DNA of 64,000 bases from positions 1-64,000 of IMG/VR virus record IMGVR_UViG_3300035492_000080; one strand, given 5' to 3'. Source of the stretch: a virus. Its lineage: Duplodnaviria > Heunggongvirae > Uroviricota > Caudoviricetes. The stretch's first letter is position 1, and the number at the start of each line of letters is the position of its first letter. This document shows positions 46,503 through 55,716 of the stretch, piece after piece. Below the pieces are notes generated by a model. It did not search any database and had not been told where the DNA came from. It saw nothing but the letters and a program-made list of their open reading frames with translations. The translations under genes were made by a program, and so were the position numbers.

Positions 46503-47387
46503 ATGTTTGCGGATTTGATTGAAAAGAAGCTGGTAAAAGAGAAGAAGTACCCAAATGGATTGTCCATCTACAAATATAACAACCGGGTTTTCTATGACAA
46601 CCTTTGGCATCTGGACAATCGAATCCTCGAAGCTCGTGGAATGGTTTTGAATTCTAATGGTGAGAAGGTTATTTGGCCATTCACTAAAGTGTTTAATCGT
46701 TTCGAAAACGGTACAGATTGTGACCCAAATAGTCTAGTTGAAATGGTTGAGAAGGTTAACGGGTTTATGGCGGCGGCACGGATGTGGAATGGTGAGCTTC
46801 TAGTAAGCAGCACTGGAACTCTTGATTCCGACTATGTAAAGCTTGCACGAAAAGTCATCATGGGATGTCAACCCCTTAATGCGGACTTCTGGGATACCTA
46901 TTCTGGACTGACGCTGATGTTTGAAATCTGTGATGAGAGCGACCCACACATTGTTGAAGAGAAGCCGGGGGCATACTTGATTGGTGGCCGTGATATGACA
47001 ACTGGTGATATGCTTCAAGAAGCACAACTTGATGTGATTGCAGACGAGGGAGGTTTCCTGCGTCCACAACACTCTCTTATTTTCTTCGATCAACTCACGG
47101 AGGTTGTAAAAACCTACAAGAAAGAAGGGTTTATGGTGAGGGATGGGTATAGCGGGAAGTATTTGATGAAAATCAAGTCACCTCACTATCTCATCAAGAA
47201 GTTTCTTATGAGAATGGGTGATGCAAAGACAAAACTCATGTTTACAGACACCAATGAACTTTTTAGACAACTGGATGAAGAGTTTTACTGTGTAATTGAG
47301 TGGATTATCACTAACTTCACGGAAGAGCAGTGGACTTCGATGAATGATCAGGTGAGACGAGCAAAGTTGGAGGAATATTTTGGATAA
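46503..47387 (+). CDS. rnlA: RNA ligase 1 (RnlA-like, tRNA repair)
   Basis: 294 aa from internal ATG; YKYNNRVFYDNLWHLDNRILEARGMVL aligns with T4 RnlA N-terminal nucleotidyltransferase region; stop of upstream gene abuts. Confidence 0.65.
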   Translation: MFADLIEKKLVKEKKYPNGLSIYKYNNRVFYDNLWHLDNRILEARGMVLNSNGEKVIWPFTKVFNRFENGTDCDPNSLVEMVEKVNGFMAAARMWNGELLVSSTGTLDSDYVKLARKVIMGCQPLNADFWDTYSGLTLMFEICDESDPHIVEEKPGAYLIGGRDMTTGDMLQEAQLDVIADEGGFLRPQHSLIFFDQLTEVVKTYKKEGFMVRDGYSGKYLMKIKSPHYLIKKFLMRMGDAKTKLMFTDTNELFRQLDEEFYCVIEWIITNFTEEQWTSMNDQVRRAKLEEYFG

Positions 47388-47784
47388 GAGAACTCTTTAT
47401 ATCATTCGTGGACTGCCGGGGGCTGGTAAGTCCACGTTTGCAACAACTCTTAGGAACTCACTTAAGTGCCTGGTGTGGGAAGCTGATCAATACCACACGG
47501 TTAATGGGGAATACCAGTGGAAGCCTGAGAATGTTCGTGCAGCCCATATGTGGTGTCAGGATGGTGTCCGTTCCTGTATGTCCGCAGGACACACAAACGT
47601 GATTGTTTCAAACACATCTACTACAGAGAAAGAGATGAAACCGTATCTTGATATGGCTGGAATTTATGGGTATGATGTTGTCTCATTGGTTGTGGAAAAC
47701 CGTCATGGAAACCCTTCTATTCATGGCGTTCCAGAAGAAACCATGAAAAATATGGAAAACCGTTTTTCTATTAAGTTGAGGTGA
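47380..47784 (+). CDS. P-loop polynucleotide 5'-kinase (Pnk kinase domain only)
   Basis: 134 aa; Walker A GLPGAGKST; overlaps rnlA stop. Confidence 0.55.
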   Translation: MDKRTLYIIRGLPGAGKSTFATTLRNSLKCLVWEADQYHTVNGEYQWKPENVRAAHMWCQDGVRSCMSAGHTNVIVSNTSTTEKEMKPYLDMAGIYGYDVVSLVVENRHGNPSIHGVPEETMKNMENRFSIKLR

Positions 47785-48071
47785 GTGTGGCAGATAAACC
47801 AGATTTAAAAGTATTGTCTTTCACGGACTACCAGAAAAAGGCTGAAAGAAAAAAGAAAGTTGAAGACTTTATTATTAAGTTGAAATCTTTATTCCACATC
47901 AAGAAGGGGTTCGAAAAATATCGAGTAGTGCAGTGGGGAACATATAGTGATACTGGATCAACCTATGTTATTCTTCAAAACTTGAAAAGTGGAAAAATCA
48001 AAGAAAAGGTAGTATCTCGTGTACCTGTTGACAAACAGGCTGTAGAACTTTTTGTACGAAATCTTTGGTAG
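47781..48071 (+). CDS. hypothetical protein
   Basis: 96 aa. Confidence 0.35.
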   Translation: MSVADKPDLKVLSFTDYQKKAERKKKVEDFIIKLKSLFHIKKGFEKYRVVQWGTYSDTGSTYVILQNLKSGKIKEKVVSRVPVDKQAVELFVRNLW

Positions 48072-48079
48072 GAGGATTG

Positions 48080-49135
48080 ATGGAAAAGAAGACGTTGTAT
48101 GGTTTGGACAAGGGTGGTGAATTTAAAGTGTGGGAGATTTCCACCTCTGGTGACATTCTGACGATTGTTCACGGGAAAGAGGGCGGGAAGATGCAAACCA
48201 AGGATGAAACCATTAAAGGTAAGAATATTGGTCGGGCCAATGAAACATCTCCGGCTGAGCAAGCTGAGTTGGAGGCTATGAGCCGTTGGCGTAAGCAGGT
48301 TGATAAGGGCTATCGTGAAAGTAAAGAAGAGCTTAAAGAGCTTCCTATTCTTCCAATGCTAGCACATGATTACTTGAAACAAGGTCATCGTATTGAATAC
48401 CCGTGCTATGGATCGCCTAAGCTAGATGGTGTTCGTTGCCTTGCAATCCGTCATGAGGATCGGGTAGAATTGAAATCTCGTGGAGGTAAGGAATATTTCG
48501 TTGAGCACATTCAACGAGATTTGCTTGGCTCTATGCTACCGGGAGAGATTTTTGATGGGGAGCTTTACATTCACGGTAAATACCTCGAAGAGATTGTTTC
48601 TGCTGTAAAGAAACCAAATGCAGATACCCCGTCTCTGAAGTTTATTATCTTCGACATTGTAAACGATAAAACGTTTGATGGACGGATTCAAGACCTTGCA
48701 GTTGTTCAACGTTTTGGGAAGTCTGTTGAAGAACTTAAATACGTCGTTCTTTACAGCGAGCAGGAGATGAAACAGAAGCACAAGGAATATGTTGCTGCTG
48801 GGTATGAAGGTATTATGCTTCGCAATGGTGACGGTTTGTATGAATCTGGTAAGCGCTCGGCAGATTTGCAGAAATACAAAGAGTTCTTTGATGAAGAGTT
48901 TGTTATCATTGATGTTCGGGAAGATGCTAATGGCAATGCCGTACTTGAGGTGTATGACAACACTGCTGGATGTAATTTCAGTGTTTGCTACGGCAACCAT
49001 GAAGAGCGTAAACATCAGCTTAAAGAAAAACATCTTTACATTGGAAAGAAAATCACTGTAAAATATCAGACTCGGTACAAGGATAGTAAACTTCCGCAAT
49101 TCCCTACAGGTGTAGCTATTAGGGATTACGAATGA
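48080..49135 (+). CDS. ATP-dependent DNA ligase (T7-type, short)
   Basis: About 351 aa from ATG after GGAGG; motif I KLDGVR, OB-fold C-terminus. Confidence 0.75.
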   Translation: MEKKTLYGLDKGGEFKVWEISTSGDILTIVHGKEGGKMQTKDETIKGKNIGRANETSPAEQAELEAMSRWRKQVDKGYRESKEELKELPILPMLAHDYLKQGHRIEYPCYGSPKLDGVRCLAIRHEDRVELKSRGGKEYFVEHIQRDLLGSMLPGEIFDGELYIHGKYLEEIVSAVKKPNADTPSLKFIIFDIVNDKTFDGRIQDLAVVQRFGKSVEELKYVVLYSEQEMKQKHKEYVAAGYEGIMLRNGDGLYESGKRSADLQKYKEFFDEEFVIIDVREDANGNAVLEVYDNTAGCNFSVCYGNHEERKHQLKEKHLYIGKKITVKYQTRYKDSKLPQFPTGVAIRDYE

Positions 49136-49314
49136 ACTTAGAAGAGTCTGTTGAAAAGTATGATGAATATGTTTTGAAGATTAAGAAGCTGAATATTGGA
49201 AATGCTTGGAACTCTCCAATCATCATGCACCACGAAGCATGCACAGATTTCTCTTGGAAAGGGTATTCTTATGAGAATAAAGAATATTATTTTAGTGAGG
49301 GGTTTTCTTTATAA
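49132..49314 (+). CDS. hypothetical small protein
   Basis: 60 aa. Confidence 0.25.
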   Translation: MNLEESVEKYDEYVLKIKKLNIGNAWNSPIIMHHEACTDFSWKGYSYENKEYYFSEGFSL

Positions 49315-49325
49315 GTCATAAAAGA

Positions 49326-49550
49326 ATGAAAACTGCTAAAATTTCAGTTGAGCATAGTTGGGATGGTACTGAAACATTGCATGTGTATATGCGATTGTAT
49401 GGAAACACTAAACTCTCTCGCTGGTGGAATATGGTGTCGTCGTTTGGTGCTTTGAACGTAAAGAATTTTGATGAGGCGATTGAAACCGTACAACAAATTA
49501 TTGATATGTCTGATTCAATTTATGGAGGAAAAAATGAACGAAGTAAATAA
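49326..49550 (+). CDS. hypothetical small protein
   Basis: 74 aa. Confidence 0.3.
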   Translation: MKTAKISVEHSWDGTETLHVYMRLYGNTKLSRWWNMVSSFGALNVKNFDEAIETVQQIIDMSDSIYGGKNERSK

Positions 49551-49950
49551 TGAAGTGATTAACACGACTGACCTGCAACAATTCTCTGTTCAGCAGTTTA
49601 TGAGTAAACTTGGCTATACACTGTATCGCACTCAACATGGTGGACTGGTGTTCCTGTATAATTATGCAGGTAAGCACGAATACCGGATGATCGGGATGAA
49701 CACAGCAATCTCTCTTCACAATAGTGGTTGGGACAAGGTTGATGGGAAAGCAACATTCAAGAGTGCAAGCCCTAGCATCGACATCACTGCTGACGCTTAC
49801 ACTGTTGTTCAGGCTGTGTCGGCCAAGGTTGTTGAAAAGGTGAAACTGCAATACTCCTGCAAAAAGAAAACTCTCGTTTGTGGTGATAAAAGCAACCACT
49901 TCGTAAAGTTTGCACTGCCGGAGTATGAATTCCTCTTTATCGGTGAGTAA
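49534..49950 (+). CDS. hypothetical protein
   Basis: About 138 aa from ATG after GGAGGAAAAA RBS. Confidence 0.35.
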   Translation: MNEVNNEVINTTDLQQFSVQQFMSKLGYTLYRTQHGGLVFLYNYAGKHEYRMIGMNTAISLHNSGWDKVDGKATFKSASPSIDITADAYTVVQAVSAKVVEKVKLQYSCKKKTLVCGDKSNHFVKFALPEYEFLFIGE

Positions 49951-50281
49951 AATGTACTACTCTACGGTGGGGTTTGAGGAATACAAGAATTTGGAAGCAG
50001 AGGTTTCTCTTGGTGATATGCTTCGGGGCGGTAAGATGAAGATTGTGTGGTATTCAAAGCACCTCCCCACGTTCAAAGCACAGTTCTGTGAGAAAAATAA
50101 AACTCTGAAAATCACTCTTCCTAAAAATTCCAAAATCAAAAACTGGTTTGACACTAAGTATGGCCAACGGGACATTTACCTAGCACACATCGAAGATGTT
50201 GAATCTCTCTACGCAGAGATTTGTGAGATTGATCAGATGTTTGATTGGGTGTATAATACAAAAACCACTAAAGGGGCCTAG
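49910..50281 (+). CDS. hypothetical protein
   Basis: 123 aa. Confidence 0.35.
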   Translation: MHCRSMNSSLSVSKMYYSTVGFEEYKNLEAEVSLGDMLRGGKMKIVWYSKHLPTFKAQFCEKNKTLKITLPKNSKIKNWFDTKYGQRDIYLAHIEDVESLYAEICEIDQMFDWVYNTKTTKGA

Positions 50282-50293
50282 TGCCCCTTTTAT
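50273..50293 (+). terminator. rho-independent terminator
   Basis: GGGGC-ctagt-GCCCC then TTTTAT; stop codon of 49910..50281 lies in the loop. Confidence 0.5.
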
Positions 50294-50307
50294 ATTGGAG
50301 GTGGATT

Positions 50308-50535
50308 ATGCGAAGGACTAAAAAGACCTCACCCATAGAAAAACCTAAACGGGTGGGTGAAACCGCCCGGCAGGTTGATGAAAAGCCTCGTGACCCAATG
50401 TCCTCTTGGGATGCGTACATTACGGAAATCAAGAAGGTGATTGGTAGAGCACTAACCGAGACTGAGTACAGCTTACTGATGCAACAATATATTCGTGCAG
50501 TGAGTGTGATTGAGGCAGTGGAAAAACTCTCATGA
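50308..50535 (+). CDS. hypothetical protein
   Basis: About 75 aa from ATG after GGAGGTGG. Confidence 0.35.
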   Translation: MRRTKKTSPIEKPKRVGETARQVDEKPRDPMSSWDAYITEIKKVIGRALTETEYSLLMQQYIRAVSVIEAVEKLS

Positions 50536-50765
50536 AACCCGTAAAGATTATTCCAACAGGTTATGCAAACCACTGGTTTGTAGTGACCAGTGCGCTCCCA
50601 CAAACCTACTTGAATTATCTAGATCAGCTTGGTAGAATGCCATTTGAAATTCATACAGGGTTTATTATTATAAGAGATTCTGAATTAAAGGAGTTGATTG
50701 ACAACTTCAAACTTCTAGGGGTAGAGTACACTCTGAGGGAGAAGAAATGGGAGCAATCCGAATAG
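50532..50765 (+). CDS. hypothetical protein
   Basis: 77 aa. Confidence 0.35.
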   Translation: MKPVKIIPTGYANHWFVVTSALPQTYLNYLDQLGRMPFEIHTGFIIIRDSELKELIDNFKLLGVEYTLREKKWEQSE

Positions 50766-51083
50766 ATGTTTCTAAAGGAGGGTTGTGTGAACAATACAGT
50801 GATTGGGTATAAGACAAGTTTAGGGGGTGTCCTATATTTCTTCAAAGAAGAGATGTCAAAGGAGGCTGTCAATGTCTTCTCCACGGCTGGCATTAAACAA
50901 GAACATGGATATTTTTACTTACATTCTGAATCTAAAGAATTAGAAAGGATTTTCAACACCCTGCTCATCATTGAGCACAATATTGAATTGATGGAGATTA
51001 GAGGTTATGAACTCTTCAGTCGAAGCACCAGAAATGGTATATCCAAATCCCATATGATTACGAGGGACAGATGGACACTATAA
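50766..51083 (+). CDS. hypothetical protein
   Basis: 105 aa. Confidence 0.35.
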   Translation: MFLKEGCVNNTVIGYKTSLGGVLYFFKEEMSKEAVNVFSTAGIKQEHGYFYLHSESKELERIFNTLLIIEHNIELMEIRGYELFSRSTRNGISKSHMITRDRWTL

Positions 51084-51379
51084 TCATATACCGGATATGC
51101 GATGCAGAGGATGATTATAAACCCTTTCCGCCAAATCTGGAAAAGAGGTATAAAGTGTACAAGGAGGGTCTTAGTGTTGAAGTAGAAAATGTAATAGAAT
51201 CACTCGGAATTGACAGAGCATTATCTACGAATTTTTACCACATGGATGGTGAAGTGGTGAGTGAGTTTTCAAAAATACTCTTGATGCTGGGAATTGGCGT
51301 TGACATTACAAGCATTAGCTGGAATAATTACGTCAAGATGGCTATTAAAGCGAACTACCCTCATTGGCAGTCAAACTAA
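51071..51379 (+). CDS. hypothetical protein
   Basis: 102 aa. Confidence 0.35.
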   Translation: MDTIIIYRICDAEDDYKPFPPNLEKRYKVYKEGLSVEVENVIESLGIDRALSTNFYHMDGEVVSEFSKILLMLGIGVDITSISWNNYVKMAIKANYPHWQSN

Positions 51380-51475
51380 TGAGGTATTACTGCGAGATAT
51401 CACTGTGAGGTATTGAACATGGAAACCATAACAGCTTATACAATTTCTTAGTCTTCCCTTCAGGGTGAAACGGGA

Positions 51476-51730
51476 ATGTACACTATCTTCAAAAGGGATA
51501 TTAACAAAACCGTTCAAAATGCACTGGAATCCATTGATCTTGAAGACTATGCAAATATGTTCAGCTTCTACTCTGATCAAGAGAGTGGTGTTACCAATCT
51601 TCTAGAAATCTTAGGCTACTCTTTGCGTAAGGAGACAGTGACACTTAGTGAGTTTCACAGGTATTTGAATACTCAAAGTAATTGGGACATATTGAAAGGA
51701 GACAAGACATTTGGTTATACAGTCTTATAA
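51476..51730 (+). CDS. hypothetical protein
   Basis: 84 aa. Confidence 0.3.
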   Translation: MYTIFKRDINKTVQNALESIDLEDYANMFSFYSDQESGVTNLLEILGYSLRKETVTLSEFHRYLNTQSNWDILKGDKTFGYTVL

Positions 51731-51992
51731 AAGTGAGAGTGGATCACATTGGACTCTGTTCAAGATTGACTTGCCGGACAATTGCAAGAATGCCCTGACC
51801 ACTGCTGGAATACTAAATACAAGACAAAGATTTATATTCCCGGACACTGTTGGTACTAAGGAGAGAGTTTCAAACATCCTATCTATGCTTGATATCTCAG
51901 TTGTGTGGGAACAAACGGCTAGCGTGTCCGATGTATGGAATTATTATCAATCACAATACCTAGCATTGGAAGACACGGACAGTGATAATTGA
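51711..51992 (+). CDS. hypothetical protein
   Basis: 93 aa. Confidence 0.3.
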   Translation: MVIQSYKSESGSHWTLFKIDLPDNCKNALTTAGILNTRQRFIFPDTVGTKERVSNILSMLDISVVWEQTASVSDVWNYYQSQYLALEDTDSDN

Positions 51993-52503
51993 AACAATCA
52001 ATGAACAGACAGGTGAGATATTATTTGAATGGGATGAGGAGGTGTCTTACAAATCTCCAAAACCAACACCTCCGCTGGACGGTGTGTATGATGAAGACAC
52101 ACTCAAGAAATACTGCTCAGACCCATCTAGGAAATCTAGGGGAGATATTGGCTATCTAGTGGACTTCCTCTCAACAGGAGGAATTACTCAGGTGGATATG
52201 CTTGTACTAAAAACTCTCTGTTTAGATGTACAGATTCACAACTTTGCTGTATCTTCTCTTCCAAGAATAGCTTCAAACATCTCTTACACAGAGAGGGCTG
52301 TCAGAGGAAGTATCAAACACCTGCAATCGGTAAACCTCCTAAAAGTGGTGAATACTCGCTTCTACGAAGATGGAACTCCCTACACACTCTACTGGATACA
52401 CCCTAAAATTGCTTTCAAGGGTAGTTATTTTAAGTGGCGGATTTCTTGTGCAGAGAATGACATCACCTCCCTGTACACCCCTCTAAACACCTACGAAATA
52501 TGA
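51982..52503 (+). CDS. hypothetical protein (last gene of plus-strand block)
   Basis: 173 aa. Confidence 0.35.
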   Translation: MIIETINEQTGEILFEWDEEVSYKSPKPTPPLDGVYDEDTLKKYCSDPSRKSRGDIGYLVDFLSTGGITQVDMLVLKTLCLDVQIHNFAVSSLPRIASNISYTERAVRGSIKHLQSVNLLKVVNTRFYEDGTPYTLYWIHPKIAFKGSYFKWRISCAENDITSLYTPLNTYEI

Positions 52504-52505
52504 AT

Positions 52506-52523
52506 GTGGAAAAAAATTTCCAC
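52506..52523. repeat. perfect palindrome GTGGAAAAAAATTTCCAC
   Basis: Seen directly after stop of 51982..52503. Confidence 0.6.
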
Positions 52524-52736
52524 ATTCTCCCCTGTAGCCCTCTAAAATCAGGGGGGTCTAGTTGGCACATATATAATAACACCTGTTTCCCGCTCTTCAT
52601 ATTGCATACCCAATATATTGCAATTCCCCTCATATTGCCCTTCCTAATTTCTCTATTTTTTTTTTTCTAAAAATTCAAATAGGGACATTCCATATTAGCT
52701 GATCTTCCATATTGGAAATATCCAATCCTCCTTACA

Positions 52737-52778
52737 CCCAATCGGGGTTTCTTATTAGGTTTCTCATTGGGTTTCTTA
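52737..52778 (+). repeat. three tandem units GGTTTCT(T/C)ATT
   Basis: GGGGTTTCTTATTAGGTTTCTCATTGGGTTTCTTATT. Confidence 0.5.
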
Positions 52779-53190
52779 TTTTCCGCGAGTATTACTATGA
52801 GTGTTTAGCCACCCTCCAGGGTGAATTCCCACTACTAACATAATTTTAAAATATCCACTAGTAAAAATCCAATTGTATTTACTAATTACATCAATTCATA
52901 TTGATAGACAACCTCTATTTGAATAGTGTCCTCATATTATAGGTGGCTTCTATTGTGTACAGCATATTGATAGACAACATATATTGGAATGTGAACATTC
53001 AATTTATCAAACATCATGCCAACTCCCCATATTGGGTGGTCAATACTCATATTGTATTTATCTATTATATTGGGTGTATTACATAAAGGATTTATATTGA
53101 ATTGTGGCATATATGTTGCTTATGTTTATTATTAGATATAATTATATGTTTTAAGTGTGTAATAAATAAAGTTAATAAGTGGGTGGGCTT

Positions 53191-53280
53191 AACCAATGCC
53201 TACCATTACTAACCAATAGGCGTTATTATTAACCAATGCCTACAATTACTAACCAATTATGGGAATTACTAACCCGACAA
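53191..53280 (+). repeat. four and a half tandem 20-bp iterons beginning AACCAAT, flanked by AT-rich DNA
   Basis: AACCAATGCCTACCATTACT / AACCAATAGGCGTTATTATT / AACCAATGCCTACAATTACT / AACCAATTATGGGAATTACT / AACCCGACAA. Confidence 0.7.
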
Positions 53281-53490
53281 GGTATTTATTAACTAAATGG
53301 CCGTTATTATTAACAATTACACAAAAACAATAAAGCGGGGGAGCATATTGGAGGGAGTTGCATATTGGACAGCCTTTCATATTGTGTTGTGCATATTGGC
53401 TGTAATGCTTGTATATTGCGGGCTGTGGGGCATTCTGAGGGGGGTAGAATGCACGTTCTGTGCTAACTAGTGGGTATGTATTGGGAGGCA

Positions 53491-53518
53491 ATAAAAAGGC
53501 CCGCCAAAGGGGCGGGCC
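53491..53518 (-). terminator. rho-independent terminator for minus-strand small-gene block
   Basis: GGCCCGCC-aaagg-GGCGGGCC hairpin with TTTTTAT on minus strand. Confidence 0.55.
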
Positions 53519-53535
53519 ATTGTTTTGTGTATTGT

Positions 53536-53781
53536 TTATTGACTAGCTTTACAGTGTTCACACTCACACGGCTTAATGTCTTTCACACTTTCTAGAAAGT
53601 CTTTTGTATTGCTTTCATGTATGCAATGAACCTCCCCAGCAATCCACCCCTTTTTAAGGGCCACCCATATCGAATACGGAGTTTCCCCATAACCGTCCTC
53701 CTCTGTCCAATACTCCTCTATGATGTTGGCGTTCTTATCAATCCATGCCTTAATTGCTTTGGATATCTTGTGGCTTCGCAT
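53536..53781 (-). CDS. hypothetical small Cys/His-containing protein
   Basis: 81 aa; C-terminal CECEHC. Confidence 0.35.
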   Translation of the reverse strand: MRSHKISKAIKAWIDKNANIIEEYWTEEDGYGETPYSIWVALKKGWIAGEVHCIHESNTKDFLESVKDIKPCECEHCKASQ

Positions 53782-54056
53782 ATCAACTCCCTCTGTTGTT
53801 TTATGGTAGTCGTTTAGGACTAAATATTTTCCTTTGTTCTAGGAGCTTTCTATATAGATTTGCTCTGCTAGTCTTTGTTTTTGTGTCGATACGTCCGTGC
53901 AGGATATACCAGCGTTTGAGCATTTGCAGATTGTCCACAATCAATCCTCCAATGCTTCACATTTGAACAGTTCATAGCTAGCAGGATACGTTCTATCTAG
54001 TTCCTGCAGAGCTTGTGTGCAATCGAACTGTGCCAGAGTCTTTTTGATAGTGGTCA

Positions 54057-54242
54057 TTATTTCGATCCCTTATGTTCAATGCGTTGGATTAAATCTTTAT
54101 AATACTCGACTTGCTGTTTTGCCCGGTCGAACTGTTCCAGATTGTTTGCACACGCGATGGCCTCGCGTGCTTTTTCAAGTTCCTTTTTGAGGCGACCGAG
54201 TTTTTCAGAATTCCCTTTTAGAAACATACGCCACCCATCCAC
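54057..54242 (-). CDS. hypothetical small coiled-coil protein
   Basis: 61 aa. Confidence 0.25.
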   Translation of the reverse strand: MDGWRMFLKGNSEKLGRLKKELEKAREAIACANNLEQFDRAKQQVEYYKDLIQRIEHKGSK

Positions 54243-54451
54243 ACGCCCAGCTTAAATGCCGCTGGAACAACGAACATCACGCAAGCAACAAAAACCAAGG
54301 AATAGATGCAAAGCATATAATTGGTTACTTGATTATCTGTCATCACAGATTCCCCTCATAAGTTCGTTTTGATGGGCGCCATCCTACCTAAATCAAGTGG
54401 TGAGCATAATTGATATTTTCAAAGGAAAAGCAAAAAGCCGATAGGGCTATC

Positions 54452-54814
54452 CTATCGGCCTCTCAGAGTGCCTGTGCTTCGTTTTGAGCGTGTTTTGTCA
54501 CTTCTTAATGGCATCGTATAGGCTAGTGCTCTAATCGCCTCCAATGTGCCTTGTGGGGCCTCTGGTGATGCTTCCTCGTACACTGCTCCCCACTTGTCAG
54601 TGAGAATGCCAGCCAGCCCGGCCCCGTCCAGTGAGAATGCGACAAAGCGCCTATGCCGGCCGCTGTCAGATTCGAACACTCTCACAATTGCACAGGGAAA
54701 CTTCAAAACCTGCAAAAGCCTCTCATAAGCGCAATCGGGAATAAATTGGCATTTATTAATTGGAGCGTAAACACTCTCATCGTATACGGCAGCTGGCCTC
54801 TTACTACTTAGCAT
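54452..54814 (-). CDS. hypothetical protein (GC-rich)
   Basis: 120 aa; terminator-like hairpin GCCGATAGG-gctat-CCTATCGGC downstream. Confidence 0.35.
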   Translation of the reverse strand: MLSSKRPAAVYDESVYAPINKCQFIPDCAYERLLQVLKFPCAIVRVFESDSGRHRRFVAFSLDGAGLAGILTDKWGAVYEEASPEAPQGTLEAIRALAYTMPLRSDKTRSKRSTGTLRGR

Positions 54815-54817
54815 GGA

Positions 54818-55093
54818 TTAGCTGCCTATCTGTTCATAAATCCACGCCCGCTGGCCACTAATAGTGAGTCCAGCGCTCCAAACGGAGAAAAGCCCGCAAG
54901 CCTCTCCATCCTCCCCGTGCCTACTCATTGGCTGTTCACGTCGCAGAGGGAAGTGGTCATTCTCACTAAAACCTTTCTCCTTTAATGTAAGTTCCAGTGC
55001 CTGATCCGGTGATGATGCTTCGACGTTTTCCACTTCAACACACTGGGCAAGGTTAATTCCGTAATAAAACTTGACATCAAAAAAGCGCCTCAT
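54818..55093 (-). CDS. hypothetical protein
   Basis: 91 aa. Confidence 0.3.
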   Translation of the reverse strand: MRRFFDVKFYYGINLAQCVEVENVEASSPDQALELTLKEKGFSENDHFPLRREQPMSRHGEDGEACGLFSVWSAGLTISGQRAWIYEQIGS

Positions 55094-55299
55094 TTTTTCA
55101 CCTCAAAAATATTCCCCGCTTCGTCTTCAACATGTACGCCGACAACACCGGCAAAGCATCGCCCTTTGTTAATCAAGGCGAACATATCTTTTGCGTGTCC
55201 CATTGCCGTTTGTTTAGTTTTCCACTCGGTGCGGTTTTTCACACTTAGACAAGACGAAGTGCCGTTTTCATACAATAGGTGGACACTGTATTTAGACAT
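55090..55299 (-). CDS. hypothetical protein
   Basis: 69 aa. Confidence 0.3.
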   Translation of the reverse strand: MSKYSVHLLYENGTSSCLSVKNRTEWKTKQTAMGHAKDMFALINKGRCFAGVVGVHVEDEAGNIFEVKK

Positions 55300-55311
55300 T
55301 TTGTTTCCCCC

Positions 55312-55716
55312 TTACTTGAAATAAACGTTTAGCGTATCTTTCCAATAGATGCCGCCGTGCTCGCCCAATGTGTCCCATTGATCGCGGGGCAATTCTCGCC
55401 ACTCTGGTAATTCAATATCTTGAGAATGGGAAGTTTTATAAAACTTCCCTTCGACGTTATAGAGAAAAATTGTTTTACCTTCGACCATTGCATCAAGAAA
55501 GCCGTCACGATAAGCATTTAATTCTGTAAAGAAAGACTTTGGTGTTCTTTTTGGGGCACGGTTGATAAAGTTATCAATCCATTGTTGTGACTTTTCGTGC
55601 ATTTCATTTTGGGTATATTTACCAATACCATATCGGATAGCTATCCGAATGCTTCTTTTAGTTTCATTAAAAGCGCGAATTGTTTGCATGGAAACAGTCA
55701 TATCATCACCTTTCAA
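55312..55716 (-). CDS. hypothetical protein
   Basis: 134 aa. Confidence 0.35.
   Translation of the reverse strand: MKGDDMTVSMQTIRAFNETKRSIRIAIRYGIGKYTQNEMHEKSQQWIDNFINRAPKRTPKSFFTELNAYRDGFLDAMVEGKTIFLYNVEGKFYKTSHSQDIELPEWRELPRDQWDTLGEHGGIYWKDTLNVYFK

Larger units (their letters stand above)
52598..53420 (+). repeat. array of about 17 same-orientation copies of CATATTG(G) interspersed over about 820 bp
   Basis: Copies read directly, e.g. cttCATATTGcat, ccCATATTGggtgg, gagCATATTGGagg, tgCATATTGGacag, tttCATATTGtg, gtgCATATTGGctg; CATATTGATAGACAAC occurs twice. Confidence 0.7.
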
